From contig CAVPXM010000055.1 of NCBI GenBank assembly GCA_963709405.1, positions 192,001 through 256,000 of the forward strand: 64,000 nt of DNA, read 5' to 3'. Source of the DNA: an uncultured Nitrososphaerales archaeon (GTDB taxonomy: Archaea > Thermoproteota > Nitrososphaeria > Nitrososphaerales > Nitrososphaeraceae). The translations under genes and the position numbers were made by a program. The notes below the pieces were generated by a model that saw nothing but the letters and a program-made list of their open reading frames with translations, was not told the origin of the DNA and did not search any database. The first letter of the stretch is position 1. Each line of letters opens with the position of its first letter. Positions 1 to 11,595 of this stretch are shown one piece after another.

Positions 1-11
1 TATAAGGCCGA

Positions 12-179
12 TTAGACTGGGAAAAGAATTCTAATTAACAGAGATATCCCGATCAATCCTCCAGTAACCCCCAGAACGACTTCTGGCTTTATTTTGATAC
101 CTTTAGTTTCGTCTTCGAAAAACCTCAACAATCCTGCACTAGATGCTGGGAGGGGTGCATTTTTCTTCTTACTGCTCAT
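12..179 (-). CDS. secG: Preprotein translocase subunit Sec61beta (archaeal SecG)
   Basis: Manual translation gives MSSKKKNAPLPASSAGLLRFFEDETKGIKIKPEVVLGVTGGLIGISLLIRILFPV (55 aa). It has the AGLLRFF.DE signature and one C-terminal TM helix. It is below the ORF-track cutoff. Confidence 0.9.
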   Translation of the reverse strand: MSSKKKNAPLPASSAGLLRFFEDETKGIKIKPEVVLGVTGGLIGISLLIRILFPV

Positions 180-334
180 TAGCAATCAACTGAAAGGGTC
201 GGAGCTTTAAATACATTGCGATTCTGCTAATCGACAAGCATGTAGCATACTCTGATACTTGAGTCTTATTGCGATGGCGGTAGTGGACAGGCAAGTTTTA
301 ATAGTAAGAATATGGATGATTAAAATACCAAAAG

Positions 335-643
335 ATGGTGGTTATATGCAAGAAATGTGGCCTGCCTGACGATCTTTGTGCATGTGGTGAACTGGATAAG
401 GAAGATACGCGAATTATAGTTCGCCTCGAAACCAGACGCTTCAAGAAAACAACTACTATGATTGAAGGCATCGATCCTAAACTTGGCGATCTACAAAGGA
501 TAGTAAAAGAACTGAAAAGCAAGTTCGCCTGCGGCGGAACGGCCAAAGATGGATACATTATGCTCCAAGGTGATCATAGAGAACATGTCAAAGGTTATCT
601 TGTAAGTTTGGCCTTTAACGAGGCTGCCATCGAGGTTCAGTAA
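335..643 (+). CDS. Translation initiation factor aIF-1 (SUI1 family)
   Basis: ICKKCGLPDDLCAC N-terminus and LKSKFACGGT and LQGDHR motifs. Confidence 0.95.
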   Translation: MVVICKKCGLPDDLCACGELDKEDTRIIVRLETRRFKKTTTMIEGIDPKLGDLQRIVKELKSKFACGGTAKDGYIMLQGDHREHVKGYLVSLAFNEAAIEVQ

Positions 644-759
644 GACCTTCTTTTCTAAAATTAAATCGATTGTTACAACGAAATTATCTTCTGATATTTT
701 CGCGCCGTTTTTGTATGATCCTTCTGATTCCTCAGTAATCTAAACCTCTCTGAATAAGT

Positions 760-1275
760 ATGGTTCAATTACAAAGCTCAATCTTGAAACGAAAGCATTT
801 ATGTCAGTATCTTAGAATCACATTATTGTTTAAGGAGAAGAAGCCGACCAAGAAAAGGGAACGTGTTTCGAGTTTAGATGACACATTCAGGATTGCTTCG
901 ATTCTTCAGAAAAGTGTCAGTACTGGCCGTTCAAGCTATGTAGAAATGTCGAAGGTGAATCAAATAATTTCATTTAATATGAAGTCACACATAGATTCTA
1001 TCAAAAGAGAAATTATGCCTGATGCTTACAAAGAAGCGATCGACCTATTTAGCCAACTATCTTATTATTATGAGAGGACCATTACCCCAAACGGCTCAAT
1101 TAGAATAAAAGAATTAAACAAACTCCTGGCTTTTGATTCAGAAATTGCCCTTCAACTGCATAATCTCAAAAGTTCAAAACGTAGCTCAACTAACATTGAT
1201 GATTACGAATATATCGAAAATCTTAAAGGTTTGATCAAGGAAAGAAAAGATTTCATAGATTCTATTAAAGCTTAA
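760..1275 (+). CDS. Hypothetical protein (true start probably further downstream)
   Basis: 171-aa helical ORF converging on tfb, with no recognisable motif. Confidence 0.5.
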   Translation: MVQLQSSILKRKHLCQYLRITLLFKEKKPTKKRERVSSLDDTFRIASILQKSVSTGRSSYVEMSKVNQIISFNMKSHIDSIKREIMPDAYKEAIDLFSQLSYYYERTITPNGSIRIKELNKLLAFDSEIALQLHNLKSSKRSSTNIDDYEYIENLKGLIKERKDFIDSIKA

Positions 1276-2180
1276 GATGCAGCTTTAGGCCCTTGTACCT
1301 ATTCCTAATGGTTACTTCCGTAACACCTGCTGCCTTCTGCAACATCCTTCTGCGTCTTGTTTTCACCGTTCATTACACAAGCCACATATAACGCAGCCGC
1401 AGCGAGTCCCATAGGATCCTTTCCGGCAGAGATCTTTCCTTCTTCCGCCTTTTTTAGAATTTCCAGAGCCTTTCTCTTGGTCTTTTCAGACAAACCAGCC
1501 TTGCTTGCGATTCTTGCTACACACTTTACGGGATCCACAACAGGCATCTTAAGATCTAGTTCTCGTATAAGTAGTCTATAGCACCTTGCGACATCCTTCT
1601 TTTTAATGTTGCTTGCGTTAGCGATATCTTTTAGGGTTCTTGGAGTCTCAGTGTCTCTACACGCTCCATATAGCGCAACCGCCACCAGTGCAGAAATTGA
1701 TCTCCCTCTCACAAGCCCTCTCTCCAGTGCTTTTCTATAGACATATGCTGCCTTCTCGATTACTGCATCTCCCACAGCTAATTTGTCCTTCAATCTATCC
1801 AATTCACTAAAAGCTTGTCTAAAATTCCTGTCAACAGGCTCATGAACCTGACTCCGGCTATCCCATGTTCTCAGTCTTTCAATGGTACTTTTCATTGATG
1901 CCGACAAAGGTTTTCCTGAGGCATCTTTATCTATAGGACCAATTATAGTAGCCAGGCCCATGTCATGCATAGCCAACGAGGTCGGTATTCCTGCTCTGCT
2001 CCTGTCTTCATGCTCTTCCTTGGAAAATGCCCTCCACTCAGGCCCTGTTTCCTCAATTCTTTCAGTAACCACGAAGCCACAGTTGCCACAAAACATTTCC
2101 CCACTTGAATTATCGGTGACCATGGGACCTTTTCCACAACGTGGACATCTATCACTAAATAACGAAATATCCTTTACCAG
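1265..2180 (-). CDS. tfb: Transcription initiation factor IIB (TFB), 1-nt insertion near the C-terminus
   Basis: Zn ribbon CPRC...CGNC, GPEWRAF and cyclin repeats. The frame stays open upstream of the track's ATG to a CTG at 2180. A frameshift at ~1335 restores AAGVTEVTIRNRYKGL, with the stop at 1265. Confidence 0.93.
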
Positions 2181-2561
2181 GTCTTTTCACCATAAAAATG
2201 CCAAAATTTGCCATCTTATATAAATGTTTTATTCTTTTATTTAAACTTTGTCCTTAGTCACCGATCACATGTCTAATATTTGTAGGTTTTTTCCATTGCC
2301 TTACATATTTACACGAAACAGCCGTACTTATTTGAATATATTTTAATTCGCTTGAATCTTCAGAATGCTAAACGTGTGCTATTTGATTAACCAAGATCCG
2401 CATAGATATGGCGTTAATTCACTTGGAACACAAATTGCAGTAGAATTAAAGGTAAGGAAAATGAATTAACGATTACTGCAAGGTATAAGCCTATTCAGTA
2501 AGTCACGTACCTAAAATATGCGTCCATAATCTTAATTAAAGGATAGACCATCCACTCATCT

Positions 2562-2924
2562 ATGAAAGAGATAAGGCAGATACCACGATGGGCTGTTGAG
2601 AATGACCCTTCATGGGAACAGCAATTTGATACAGTACAAAATCTGTTGAAATGGAGAAAGAGGGGAAGTAATATCTTTGCTATCGGTACTCCATCGAGTA
2701 TGACCTGCGATTTATTCGACAATCCTCCTGAAGGCTCTTTTTCGGATCTTCCCTACATTGGAACTCATTACGTTCTAAATGCTAAGGCCTGCCCAGACGA
2801 TCCGGCTAATATCACGAGATACCTTTCGAGTCGATACCTAAACCCAACCTACGACTCACACAATTTCCGAGGTAGGAAACTACGTATGCTTGGGCTTGAA
2901 ACCCCCGACCTAGATGTGCCGTAG
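2562..2924 (+). CDS. Hypothetical protein
   Basis: 120-aa ORF with ATG and an AT-rich TATA-like element ~30 nt upstream. Confidence 0.6.
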   Translation: MKEIRQIPRWAVENDPSWEQQFDTVQNLLKWRKRGSNIFAIGTPSSMTCDLFDNPPEGSFSDLPYIGTHYVLNAKACPDDPANITRYLSSRYLNPTYDSHNFRGRKLRMLGLETPDLDVP

Positions 2925-2981
2925 AATCTCCAGAATTTAATGACTAAAAAGAAAAACAACACACATGAATAAACTTTACCA

Positions 2982-5438
2982 ATGCTTATTAAATTTCTGA
3001 GATCGGGATTACTAGTCTGCATAGTCCTAGTTTTTTCTTTAATTCTCAGTCATAGCTCAACGGGTTTATTCGTGGCATATGGCGTCGCATCTACTAAGAA
3101 AGGCGCCTTTATAGATAGTGCAAGGTTTATTCAATATCTTGATGAAAATACTGCACTGCAAGAAATGAAAAGTGGAAGACTAGATACTTACTACTTTCGA
3201 GTACCTCTTGAGGTTGTGTCTGACCTGAAGCGAGATCCGGCACTGATGGAGTACCGACAGAATGGCTGGATCGTTCGGACTTTTGTTAAATCCTGCTCCA
3301 CCAAAAAATAATGATACGTTAAATCCCTTCTATTTTAGACCGGTAAGATATGCAGTAAATTATCTTATTGATCGAGAATTTGTGGTCGATGAAATTCTAA
3401 AGGGCTACGGAACGCCCATGGTTGATCCCTTTGGAATTTATTCTCCGGAATATACGAATATAATCAGTACTGTAGAATCGCTAGGTCTCAAATATAATCC
3501 AGTGTTGGCTGATAAGATTATTACAAGTACACTTTCCTCTGCAGGAGCCTTCAAGCAGGCCGGAAAATGGATATACAAAGGTAATCCGATAGTCATAAAA
3601 GTCCTCATTAGAGGTGATGACGCTGAAAGAAGGTCGATGGGTGAACTCATCTCCTCTGAATTTCAAAAGATAGGGTTTACAGTTCTGAAGGATTACGGTG
3701 ACTTGAACAAGGCCAATAGCCTTGTCTATGGATCAGATCCCCAAGAATTTCAGTGGAATCTCTACACAGAGGCTTACGCCGGCACATCAGCCTTTGTTAA
3801 ATACAATCCGACCGTAACGTCTCAAATGTACGCATCTTACGCGGGGAACATGCCAGGTGGTCAGAATCCGACTTTTTGGCATTATCAAAATTCAACCATT
3901 GACAAGCTGGCTCAACATATCGCCTTCTTTAATTTTACGTCAGCCAACGAAAGGAACAACTTGGTCCGAAATGCAACGCTAGAAGGTATGAAAGAATCTG
4001 TTCGGATATTTGTTGCACAGCTAATCGAACCTTATGTTGCCAGGTCATCACTTTTAGGCCTAATAAATGATTTTGGTGCTGGAATAACTAGCAAGTATTC
4101 CTTAGTAAACGTTAGAACTCCAAAGGATACGAATTCACTTGATATTGGTGTTAAGCAAATTTACCAGGGAGCATGGAATAATATTGGAGGGTGCAAAGAT
4201 GCTTATTGCTCTGAAATTTTTACGCAACTTACAGATAGTGCGACCTTCAGAAACCCCTACACTGGTGACGTGATTCCAATGAGAGAGGTTTGGACAAACG
4301 TAACAACATTGGGACCCCACAATAGATTACATGTCCCAGCTGATGTTCGCATATGGAATCCGATCGCGCAAAAATGGACTGGCTTAGGTAAGAATGACTC
4401 GGCAATGAGCAAAGTCACATTTAGGATGTTACTCTCCAAATGGCACAATGGAATCATGATGGACAAAGCTGATATCTTGTACCCTCTCTACTTTACCTTC
4501 GAATGGGGAACCAATACTGGAAATGGTGACAGGACTTATGACCCTGAATACAGTACTGCTGCCCAGGTTGCAATTCCTCTTATAAAGGGCATAAAGTTTG
4601 ACAATAATAACACGTTCGAATCTTATATGGACCAGTGGCACTACGATAAAAAAGAGATAGCAGATTCAGGCAGCAATCTGGCCTTCTGAGCCATGGGAAA
4701 TCACTGCTGCTACGGAACGACTTGTCACGGCTGGAAAATTCGCATTTTCTAAAGGAGAATCGGCAGCTGAAGAACATTGATTGGCTGTCATTGATCATAT
4801 CTTCCCACGCAAATGCAATCAAGTCTGAGTTACAGAAGATGAAAACAGAGATGTACGTTCCAAGCCCTTTAAGGGGCATCGTAACTGTGGCTGAGGCTCA
4901 AAGAAGGTATGATGCGAGCATAAAATGGATTGAAACACATCGAAATGCCGTGATTGGCAATGGACCATTTTATCTTGACTCTTATAATCCCGAGGGTGGC
5001 ATTATAACGATTAAAGCTTTTAGAGATTCCTCCTACCCTTTTGAAGTAGGCCATTGGTCGATCTATGAACATCCAAAACTTGCTACTTTAGGAAAGATAT
5101 ATGTTCCCCAGTTCGCAGTGATAGGAAAGCCGTTGAAACTTTTATTTAATGTCTCTGAAGGAGGAAAGCCTACCAACGATGCGATAGTAAATTATTTCAT
5201 TTCAAATTGGGAGGGCAAAGTGATCCTAAGCGGAATAGCAGATGCGCAGTCATCAATTGGATCTCAAGATAAGAATATGAGTCATCTAGCAGGGTCTTAT
5301 GAGATAAATCTAGACAGAAATGCAACGGCTAAATTTCAATTTGGACCGAATATACTCAAAATATTCGCAACCGAAAAAGATGCGTTTAGGCCTGACATAT
5401 ACACTAAAACCATATTGGCAGTAAAAGATACAGCTTGA
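2982..5438 (+). CDS. Peptide/nickel ABC transporter substrate-binding protein (family 5), split by two frameshifts
   Basis: Three consecutive ORFs (2982-3311, 3262-4689, 4722-5438). N-terminal signal/TM, VRYAVNYLIDR, SKWHNG and IGNGPFYL motifs. Confidence 0.85.
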
Positions 5439-5546
5439 TTAACCGTATTGCATTTAGCTTGGGATTCTTGATAGGTCAACCTTAATAGATAAGCAATATT
5501 AGAGTTATCTAGCAAATCTAAGGGGTACAGAGGGGGAAGTTGAATT

Positions 5547-6590
5547 ATGGGATTTCGACATTTTCTGATTAAAAGATCGATAAACATGATTCTTGTTGTA
5601 TTTTTTACACTCGTTATCACGATCGCAATCCTTGGCTCAACTATTGACAAGATTCTAATTGACTCTGTCAGATACGACGCAGTTAATGCAATAAGCCAAT
5701 CCAAATTTCATTTTCAATCTCTCAAAGAAAGACAATCGTATGTCACCACACAAATTGCATTAAATATAAAGTCTCTTGGGCTGGATGAACCCTGGTACTC
5801 ACCGAAGCGATTTTTTAACACATTATTAAGGATTGTCACCCTTGATTTGGGCAGATCCAATTTTTTTACTACTGACTCGGGTTCTTCTAGCGTGAGGGAC
5901 ATTATATTGGAAAGATTACCAAAAACAATTCTACTCTTTAGTACTTCAACCTTAATTGTTAGCGTTTTAGGAATTTATCTCGGTGCATTCATAGCAGATA
6001 GATCAGGATCGCTTATTGACAAGAGTAACTCATTATTGGCGATTCTTAGCAATAGCTTCCCTTCTTGGTGGATAGGAATGCTCATGATATTTATGTTCGC
6101 TTTTGTCTATCAAATATTTCCTGCTCGTTCTACTCCTATGAGTTCGCCATCTGATCCGTTTTACATCTTCGATCTGTTATATCACATGCTGCTGCCGCTG
6201 ATCACATTGGTGTTGGTGAGTTTTACTGCCTGGGCATATATTGTGCGCTACTACTTAATCAGAATTAGACATGAGGATTTCATCTTCTCCAAAAAAGCAA
6301 TAGGGATATCTAAAAGGCGGATTCTGTACTCTCATATGCTAAAAAATGCTGCGCCCCCCATAATAACGTCTGTGGCGCTAAGCTTGGCGGCTTCGTTTGG
6401 TGGAGCAATCATAATCGAGTCGGTCTTTGACTGGCCTGGTATGGGCAAGTTATACTATGATGCTATTGCCGTAAACGATGTGCCGATCATACTTGGTAAC
6501 ACATACATTTTTTCAATAATCTTTGTTGTAACAATTTTTATTACGGATATCGCATACGGATTCTTTGATCCAAGGGTGAAAGTCGGATAG
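5547..6590 (+). CDS. Peptide/nickel ABC transporter permease (DppB/OppB type)
   Basis: DLGRS, ERLPKT, IESVFDWPGMG and DPRVK motifs and multiple TM helices. Confidence 0.93.
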   Translation: MGFRHFLIKRSINMILVVFFTLVITIAILGSTIDKILIDSVRYDAVNAISQSKFHFQSLKERQSYVTTQIALNIKSLGLDEPWYSPKRFFNTLLRIVTLDLGRSNFFTTDSGSSSVRDIILERLPKTILLFSTSTLIVSVLGIYLGAFIADRSGSLIDKSNSLLAILSNSFPSWWIGMLMIFMFAFVYQIFPARSTPMSSPSDPFYIFDLLYHMLLPLITLVLVSFTAWAYIVRYYLIRIRHEDFIFSKKAIGISKRRILYSHMLKNAAPPIITSVALSLAASFGGAIIIESVFDWPGMGKLYYDAIAVNDVPIILGNTYIFSIIFVVTIFITDIAYGFFDPRVKVG

Positions 6591-6639
6591 CATATCTCCC
6601 GGATGGACTTGCAGCATATTGACCATTCGATCAGACAGT

Positions 6640-8087
6640 ATGTCTTACCTTAAATCAAAACTAGCCAAAGCTTTGTTTTCCTCAAGACTTCACTTTCTAC
6701 GCGAAATGTTAAGTTCCAAGGCGAGCCATCCTAGGGATCTCTATATTATTGGTACTCCTCAGCTATGACCCTATATGCAGTTATCGCGATCCCACTAGAA
6801 TCATTTAGGCAATGGAATAACCCAAATTATTGGATCAACTATCCAAAGTCAGCTGCTCCAGCCTGGACTAACCTAGGACTCTTTGGTCCTAAAGAATCAG
6901 AGCAGATAATTCTAGGTACTGATGCAGCGGAAGTTACCTCTAGGTTTGAACACGGAATCCATATCGTTACACATTCTTTTGCGGTGAATTTCAAGTACGA
7001 TTCTTTTCCTACTGACTTCATGATACCTTACTCAGTCAAATACGGGTTAGTACCGCCAGCTATCGCGGTAAATGTGTTGCGCCCCGATGGCCAAACTTTT
7101 AGGATCTACGACACAGCGTTACCCCCAGGAGTAACGCAGGAATCTCCTGATACTAAATACCATACTGGTATGCAGACTGAATATTCTAACCGAATTTTTT
7201 CAACCGATCAGTCCATAAGTAAAAATATGCACAACTACCTTGATCTATTTAAATATCCGCAAGATGAATCGAATCCCCAAGTAATGATCTTTTCTGATCT
7301 CAACTCGAAACAAGTGCTTAAAGGTGTCTATAAATTTGAAGAGATTTTTTATTTTTTTAATAGTGCAGACAATGTAGCGGAATCCGGATTGGTTCTTGGA
7401 GGGAATGTTTACGGATTAATGGGTACAGATGAATTGAGAAGGGATCTCAGTATTGGAATATTTTGGGGGACACCTGTTGCGCTGTTTATTGGCCTTACTG
7501 TTTCCTTGTCATCGGTATTTATCGGACTTATATATGGAGTTATTGCTGGCTATAAAGGTAGGAGAACTGACGAAGCTCTTATGCGTGTTAATGATTTAAT
7601 TGTGTTTTTACCCGCCCTTCCGATTCTTATCCTTCTGACAGCGACGTTAGGGAGAAGCATATTCATAATTACTGTATTGTTAGTAATATTTGGTTGGGCT
7701 GGAGCCACCAGAGTTTCAAGAAGTTTGGCGCTTCAGATAAAAAATCTTCAATACGTAGAAGCAGCTAAATTAATGGGTGCATCTGATATGCGGATCATAT
7801 TCAAACACATCATACCTCAATTGCTGCCATTAACGTTTGCCAGCATTGCAATTGCTGTACCGGGTGCTATATTAGCCGAGGCTGCACTGAGCTTCTTGGG
7901 CTTGGGAGATCCAACCATTCCGACATGGGGTCAAATCTTGCACGAAGCCAACTCAGCTGATGCTGCGGCAAGAGGCCTTTGGTGGTGGATAATTCCACCT
8001 GGTTTAATGATTGCTTTAACGGGATTATCTTTTGCCCTGATTGGCAAAGCAATTGAGACTCTGACAGATCCTCTTCGCAAAGCATAG
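6640..8087 (+). CDS. Peptide/nickel ABC transporter permease (DppC/OppC type), N-terminus frameshifted
   Basis: MGTDELRRDL, EAA loop YVEAAKLMGAS and LSFLGLG..PTWG. An upstream ATG at 6640 joins through indels. Confidence 0.9.
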
Positions 8088-8575
8088 GATCTTTGATCTA
8101 GGATCTACTCAAAATCGAATTCACAAAACCTCTCTTTCCTCTCAACCAGGCTATTCTGATATCTTCTTGATGAAATTGATACCAAGATGAAGATTATTCT
8201 CATTATATCCATTTTTGTCGCCTCATTATCATACCTCTTTGGACTCAACTTTGAGAAATTATTATCTTTAGAAAGCAAGTATTTAGAATTTTTTATCAAT
8301 CAAGTTAATCAACCGGATCATCCGTCATGAACAAATACTGTGGCTGAGCATTATCTAGATTGCATATAGCAACATTAGAATTATTTGGTTCTAAATTGGA
8401 TGGGTTACTTAATTATCACACTAGCCTAGCCTTACACTTTCACTTATGGTTTCCAGGTCATCTGGAGACCAACAAAAGCAAACGTCGAGACGAGCAAGAA
8501 CACGCTACAGCTATGCCGATATCTGGAGGCTAGAGGTATTTCCTAGACATTATTTCTAATATTCATTAATAATCT

Positions 8576-9073
8576 TTATCGGTAGAATATTCTTAAGATG
8601 AAGCGTTCGCCGTTCCTATCAAAAGCAGCGATAGTACTATCATCATATGGATAGTTTATAATAATAGAAACGAGGCCGAAGTAATTATTAAGATCTTCGA
8701 GTGAAGGATGGTTCGAATTTCCAGGATGCGAGTGTGCAGTACCAATGTATGACAAATCAAAAGGAAGATCATATACTGGAAAACCGGAATAATATGGTCC
8801 ATGAGATGAAAAGGGCGGGACGACAAGCCCATCTATTATTATTTCTCTTTTCTTACTTTTACCTCTTAGAATCAGTATACCTTCGTAGGGATGCCATGTT
8901 TTTGCATAGGTTATAATTCCATCTGCGCTCTTCCTCATCAAAACTACTTCCTTTCGTGGCCTTTCACTGTTGACATCCCTCTTACGAAAAAAGACCAAAG
9001 TAAGTGATAAGATGCATCTTTCAATTATTTTAGTATTGCTGATATCGAAGTGTATTTTGATGGATTTCGACAT
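8576..9073 (-). CDS. JAMM/MPN (Mov34) metalloprotease
   Basis: E...HSHPxxxxxPSxxD JAMM motif (PYEG...HSHPGNSNHPSLEDL). The true start is likely downstream of the annotated one. Confidence 0.88.
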   Translation of the reverse strand: MSKSIKIHFDISNTKIIERCILSLTLVFFRKRDVNSERPRKEVVLMRKSADGIITYAKTWHPYEGILILRGKSKKREIIIDGLVVPPFSSHGPYYSGFPVYDLPFDLSYIGTAHSHPGNSNHPSLEDLNNYFGLVSIIINYPYDDSTIAAFDRNGERFILRIFYR

Positions 9074-9152
9074 TTTTGTGATATTTCGACTGCACTTTAA
9101 TTAATCATAATGAATAATAACTAGTGGATATACGTATGTGTATAATAATTGA

Positions 9153-9467
9153 ATGTTAAATAAAAATAAGCTGCATTCGAGAGACGAGATACTTGTACGT
9201 CGGGGAATAGTATCAAATGATCTGGACGGTACTCCGTTGTTCATTAATGACAAGTGCGAGGGTTATAGAGTCAATGATACTGCAGTTTCATTGTGGAATA
9301 TGTGTAACGGCATAACCTTTGAAGAATTGAAAGAAGAGGTTCTTCGTATCTCGAATGACAATGAGGAGAATATCATATCGGCGCTAGGTGAGATGATCGA
9401 ACAGATGAGAAGTGTGTCAGTATTGGACACCAAAAGGGTCAAACGCGATCCCTTTATTATTCGTTAA
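9153..9467 (+). CDS. PqqD-family (RiPP recognition element-like) protein
   Basis: YRVNDTAVSLWNMCNGITFEEL matches the PqqD pattern Y-LN-TA--IW---DG--T--EI. It is about 100 aa long. Confidence 0.7.
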   Translation: MLNKNKLHSRDEILVRRGIVSNDLDGTPLFINDKCEGYRVNDTAVSLWNMCNGITFEELKEEVLRISNDNEENIISALGEMIEQMRSVSVLDTKRVKRDPFIIR

Positions 9468-9550
9468 TTAGATTAATAATGATCTGCTATCTGCTTTTGA
9501 AGTCCGTAACGGCTACCTTTTTTAGTATCTGCATAGCTGAAGTAGATTGA

Positions 9551-10849
9551 ATGGCAATCATTGGTTCTGCTTACTTACTCTTATCTGAACTGGGCCTTGC
9601 TGCATTTGGCGAAAATGAAGAGCCTATTTCATCTCTAAAGTTTAATGATCCCGTTAAATCTTACCAATTAATTAGAAGCCTCAAGCCGCCTGAAGAACTC
9701 TTAGAATTTATTAAAAGATTAGATGGATATCGTAATCTTCTAGTAAACGACTCGGCCATACAGTCAATTCTCGAGAGACTAGGGTTGCACAGCGACATGA
9801 TGACAAGCGATCAGATATTTAGATTTCAAGCCAACAGACCAGATCTGCTCGTAAAGGCTAAGTTAGCAACCAGTCAACATGATGCTCTCACAAAACTGAG
9901 GGAATTTGCTATCTTGCTCTCTTCAATAAGAGTCAAAGAGACGTCCCAACGCCTAGACCTACATGTAATTCAATCTATTAATGCACTCGACGAATTTGAC
10001 AAACTCATTAATGTAGTCGGATCAAGACTCCGCGAGTGGTACGGATTGCATTTTCCTGAATTGGACAACCTGGTCCAAAGTTTAGGCGCATACGCTCAAA
10101 TAGTACGTCTAGCCGGTCAGCGGGCAAATATATCTCGACAAATTTTGGAGGATGCTGGAATGCAAGAGAAGAAGATCGATATTATTCTAGATGCAAAGAA
10201 CCGGAGTAAAGGAGGGGATCTGGCTGAAAATAATCTTGATATCATAACGAGACTCGCCGATGAGGTGATCACTGAATCTAATTTGCGTAAGATGCTGGCT
10301 GATCATGTTGAAAGCGTGATGACAGATTTAGCTCCAAATACAAAGGAACTATTGACTGCGACAGTTGGCGCAAGAATGATAGCGAAAGCCGGAAGTTTCA
10401 CTAAGTTTGCACAATTTCCTTCAAGCACCATTCAGATCCTCGGAGCAGAGAAGGCATTGTTCAGATCTTTAAAAACCGGTGCTAGACCCCCTAAACACGG
10501 CCTTTTATTCCAACACCCATTAATTCATTCCGCGCCTCGATGGCAACGCGGAAAAATTGCCAGGACCATAGCCTCAAAGGCAGCTATACTAGCAAGAATA
10601 GACCTTTATCGTCCCGGTGAAAGAGACTATAAGATTCTTGAAAAAATGAATTTGAGGATAGCCGCGATTCAAGAAAAATATAAGAACCCTCCGTCAAATG
10701 AGAATGATTTTGAAAAGTATACCGAACGGGGAAAAAGGTGGTTTCGAGATCGCCGGCCAGGTATTCCTGTTGGCAGGATGAAAAGAAAGGATAACAAATC
10801 AAAAAGGAAAGACAGCCGACCGCATGGTAGAAAGAAGAAAAGGTTTTAG
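9551..10849 (+). CDS. nop5: Box C/D sRNP scaffold Nop5 (Nop56/58)
   Basis: REWYGLHFPEL, IQILGAEKALF, PKHGLLFQHP and RGKIAR motifs and a basic C-terminal tail. Confidence 0.96.
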   Translation: MAIIGSAYLLLSELGLAAFGENEEPISSLKFNDPVKSYQLIRSLKPPEELLEFIKRLDGYRNLLVNDSAIQSILERLGLHSDMMTSDQIFRFQANRPDLLVKAKLATSQHDALTKLREFAILLSSIRVKETSQRLDLHVIQSINALDEFDKLINVVGSRLREWYGLHFPELDNLVQSLGAYAQIVRLAGQRANISRQILEDAGMQEKKIDIILDAKNRSKGGDLAENNLDIITRLADEVITESNLRKMLADHVESVMTDLAPNTKELLTATVGARMIAKAGSFTKFAQFPSSTIQILGAEKALFRSLKTGARPPKHGLLFQHPLIHSAPRWQRGKIARTIASKAAILARIDLYRPGERDYKILEKMNLRIAAIQEKYKNPPSNENDFEKYTERGKRWFRDRRPGIPVGRMKRKDNKSKRKDSRPHGRKKKRF

Positions 10850-10932
10850 GAATGACACATCAATTTGCATAAAGTTATCAGCTACTCAGCTTTGACTATG
10901 AGCAAAACTCTTGATAACCTGGAGTTCCGGTA

Positions 10933-11595
10933 ATGAGTATTTGGATTAGAGTTGAAGGCAAGAAGCAACTTGCAACACCTAACCTCGTTGCAGGCGTCAG
11001 CACGTATGGTGAGAAAATAATAAAATACAACGGCGAAGAATATCGAGTGTGGGATCCATTTAGGAGTAAATTGGCAGCGGCTCTAAAGAATGGCTTGAAC
11101 GGAGATGCAATTTGTGCAGGAACTCGGATTCTCTATCTAGGAGCATCTACGGGAACAACTGTTAGTCATGTTTCTGATATTGTCGGATCGCAAGGTTTAG
11201 TTTTCGCAGTTGAATCAGCAAGCAGAGTGTGCAGAGAACTAATCGAAAATGTCGCAAAAAAAAGAACCAACGTAGTTCCGATTTTGGAAGATGCAAGGAG
11301 GCCACAATCATACTTCTCAATCTTTGGGAAAGTCGAAGTTCTGTACTGCGACATAGCCCAGCAGGATCAGACAGAGATAGCAATTCAAAACAGTCGCATT
11401 TTCCTTAAACCAGGAGGTTCTATATTCTTAATAGTGAAGACCCGAAGTATAGACGTTGTAGCAAATCCTAAGGTTGTAATACAGGATCAGGTGGAAAAAC
11501 TACAAAGAAACGAATTTTCTGTAAAACAAGTTATTAATTTGGAACCCTTTGACAAGGATCATGCGCTTATTAGGGCCATATACAATCCTAATTAA
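10933..11595 (+). CDS. flpA: Fibrillarin-like rRNA/tRNA 2'-O-methyltransferase
   Basis: YRVWDPFRSKLAA, LYLGASTGTTVSHVSD and DIAQ.DQ motifs. Confidence 0.96.
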   Translation: MSIWIRVEGKKQLATPNLVAGVSTYGEKIIKYNGEEYRVWDPFRSKLAAALKNGLNGDAICAGTRILYLGASTGTTVSHVSDIVGSQGLVFAVESASRVCRELIENVAKKRTNVVPILEDARRPQSYFSIFGKVEVLYCDIAQQDQTEIAIQNSRIFLKPGGSIFLIVKTRSIDVVANPKVVIQDQVEKLQRNEFSVKQVINLEPFDKDHALIRAIYNPN

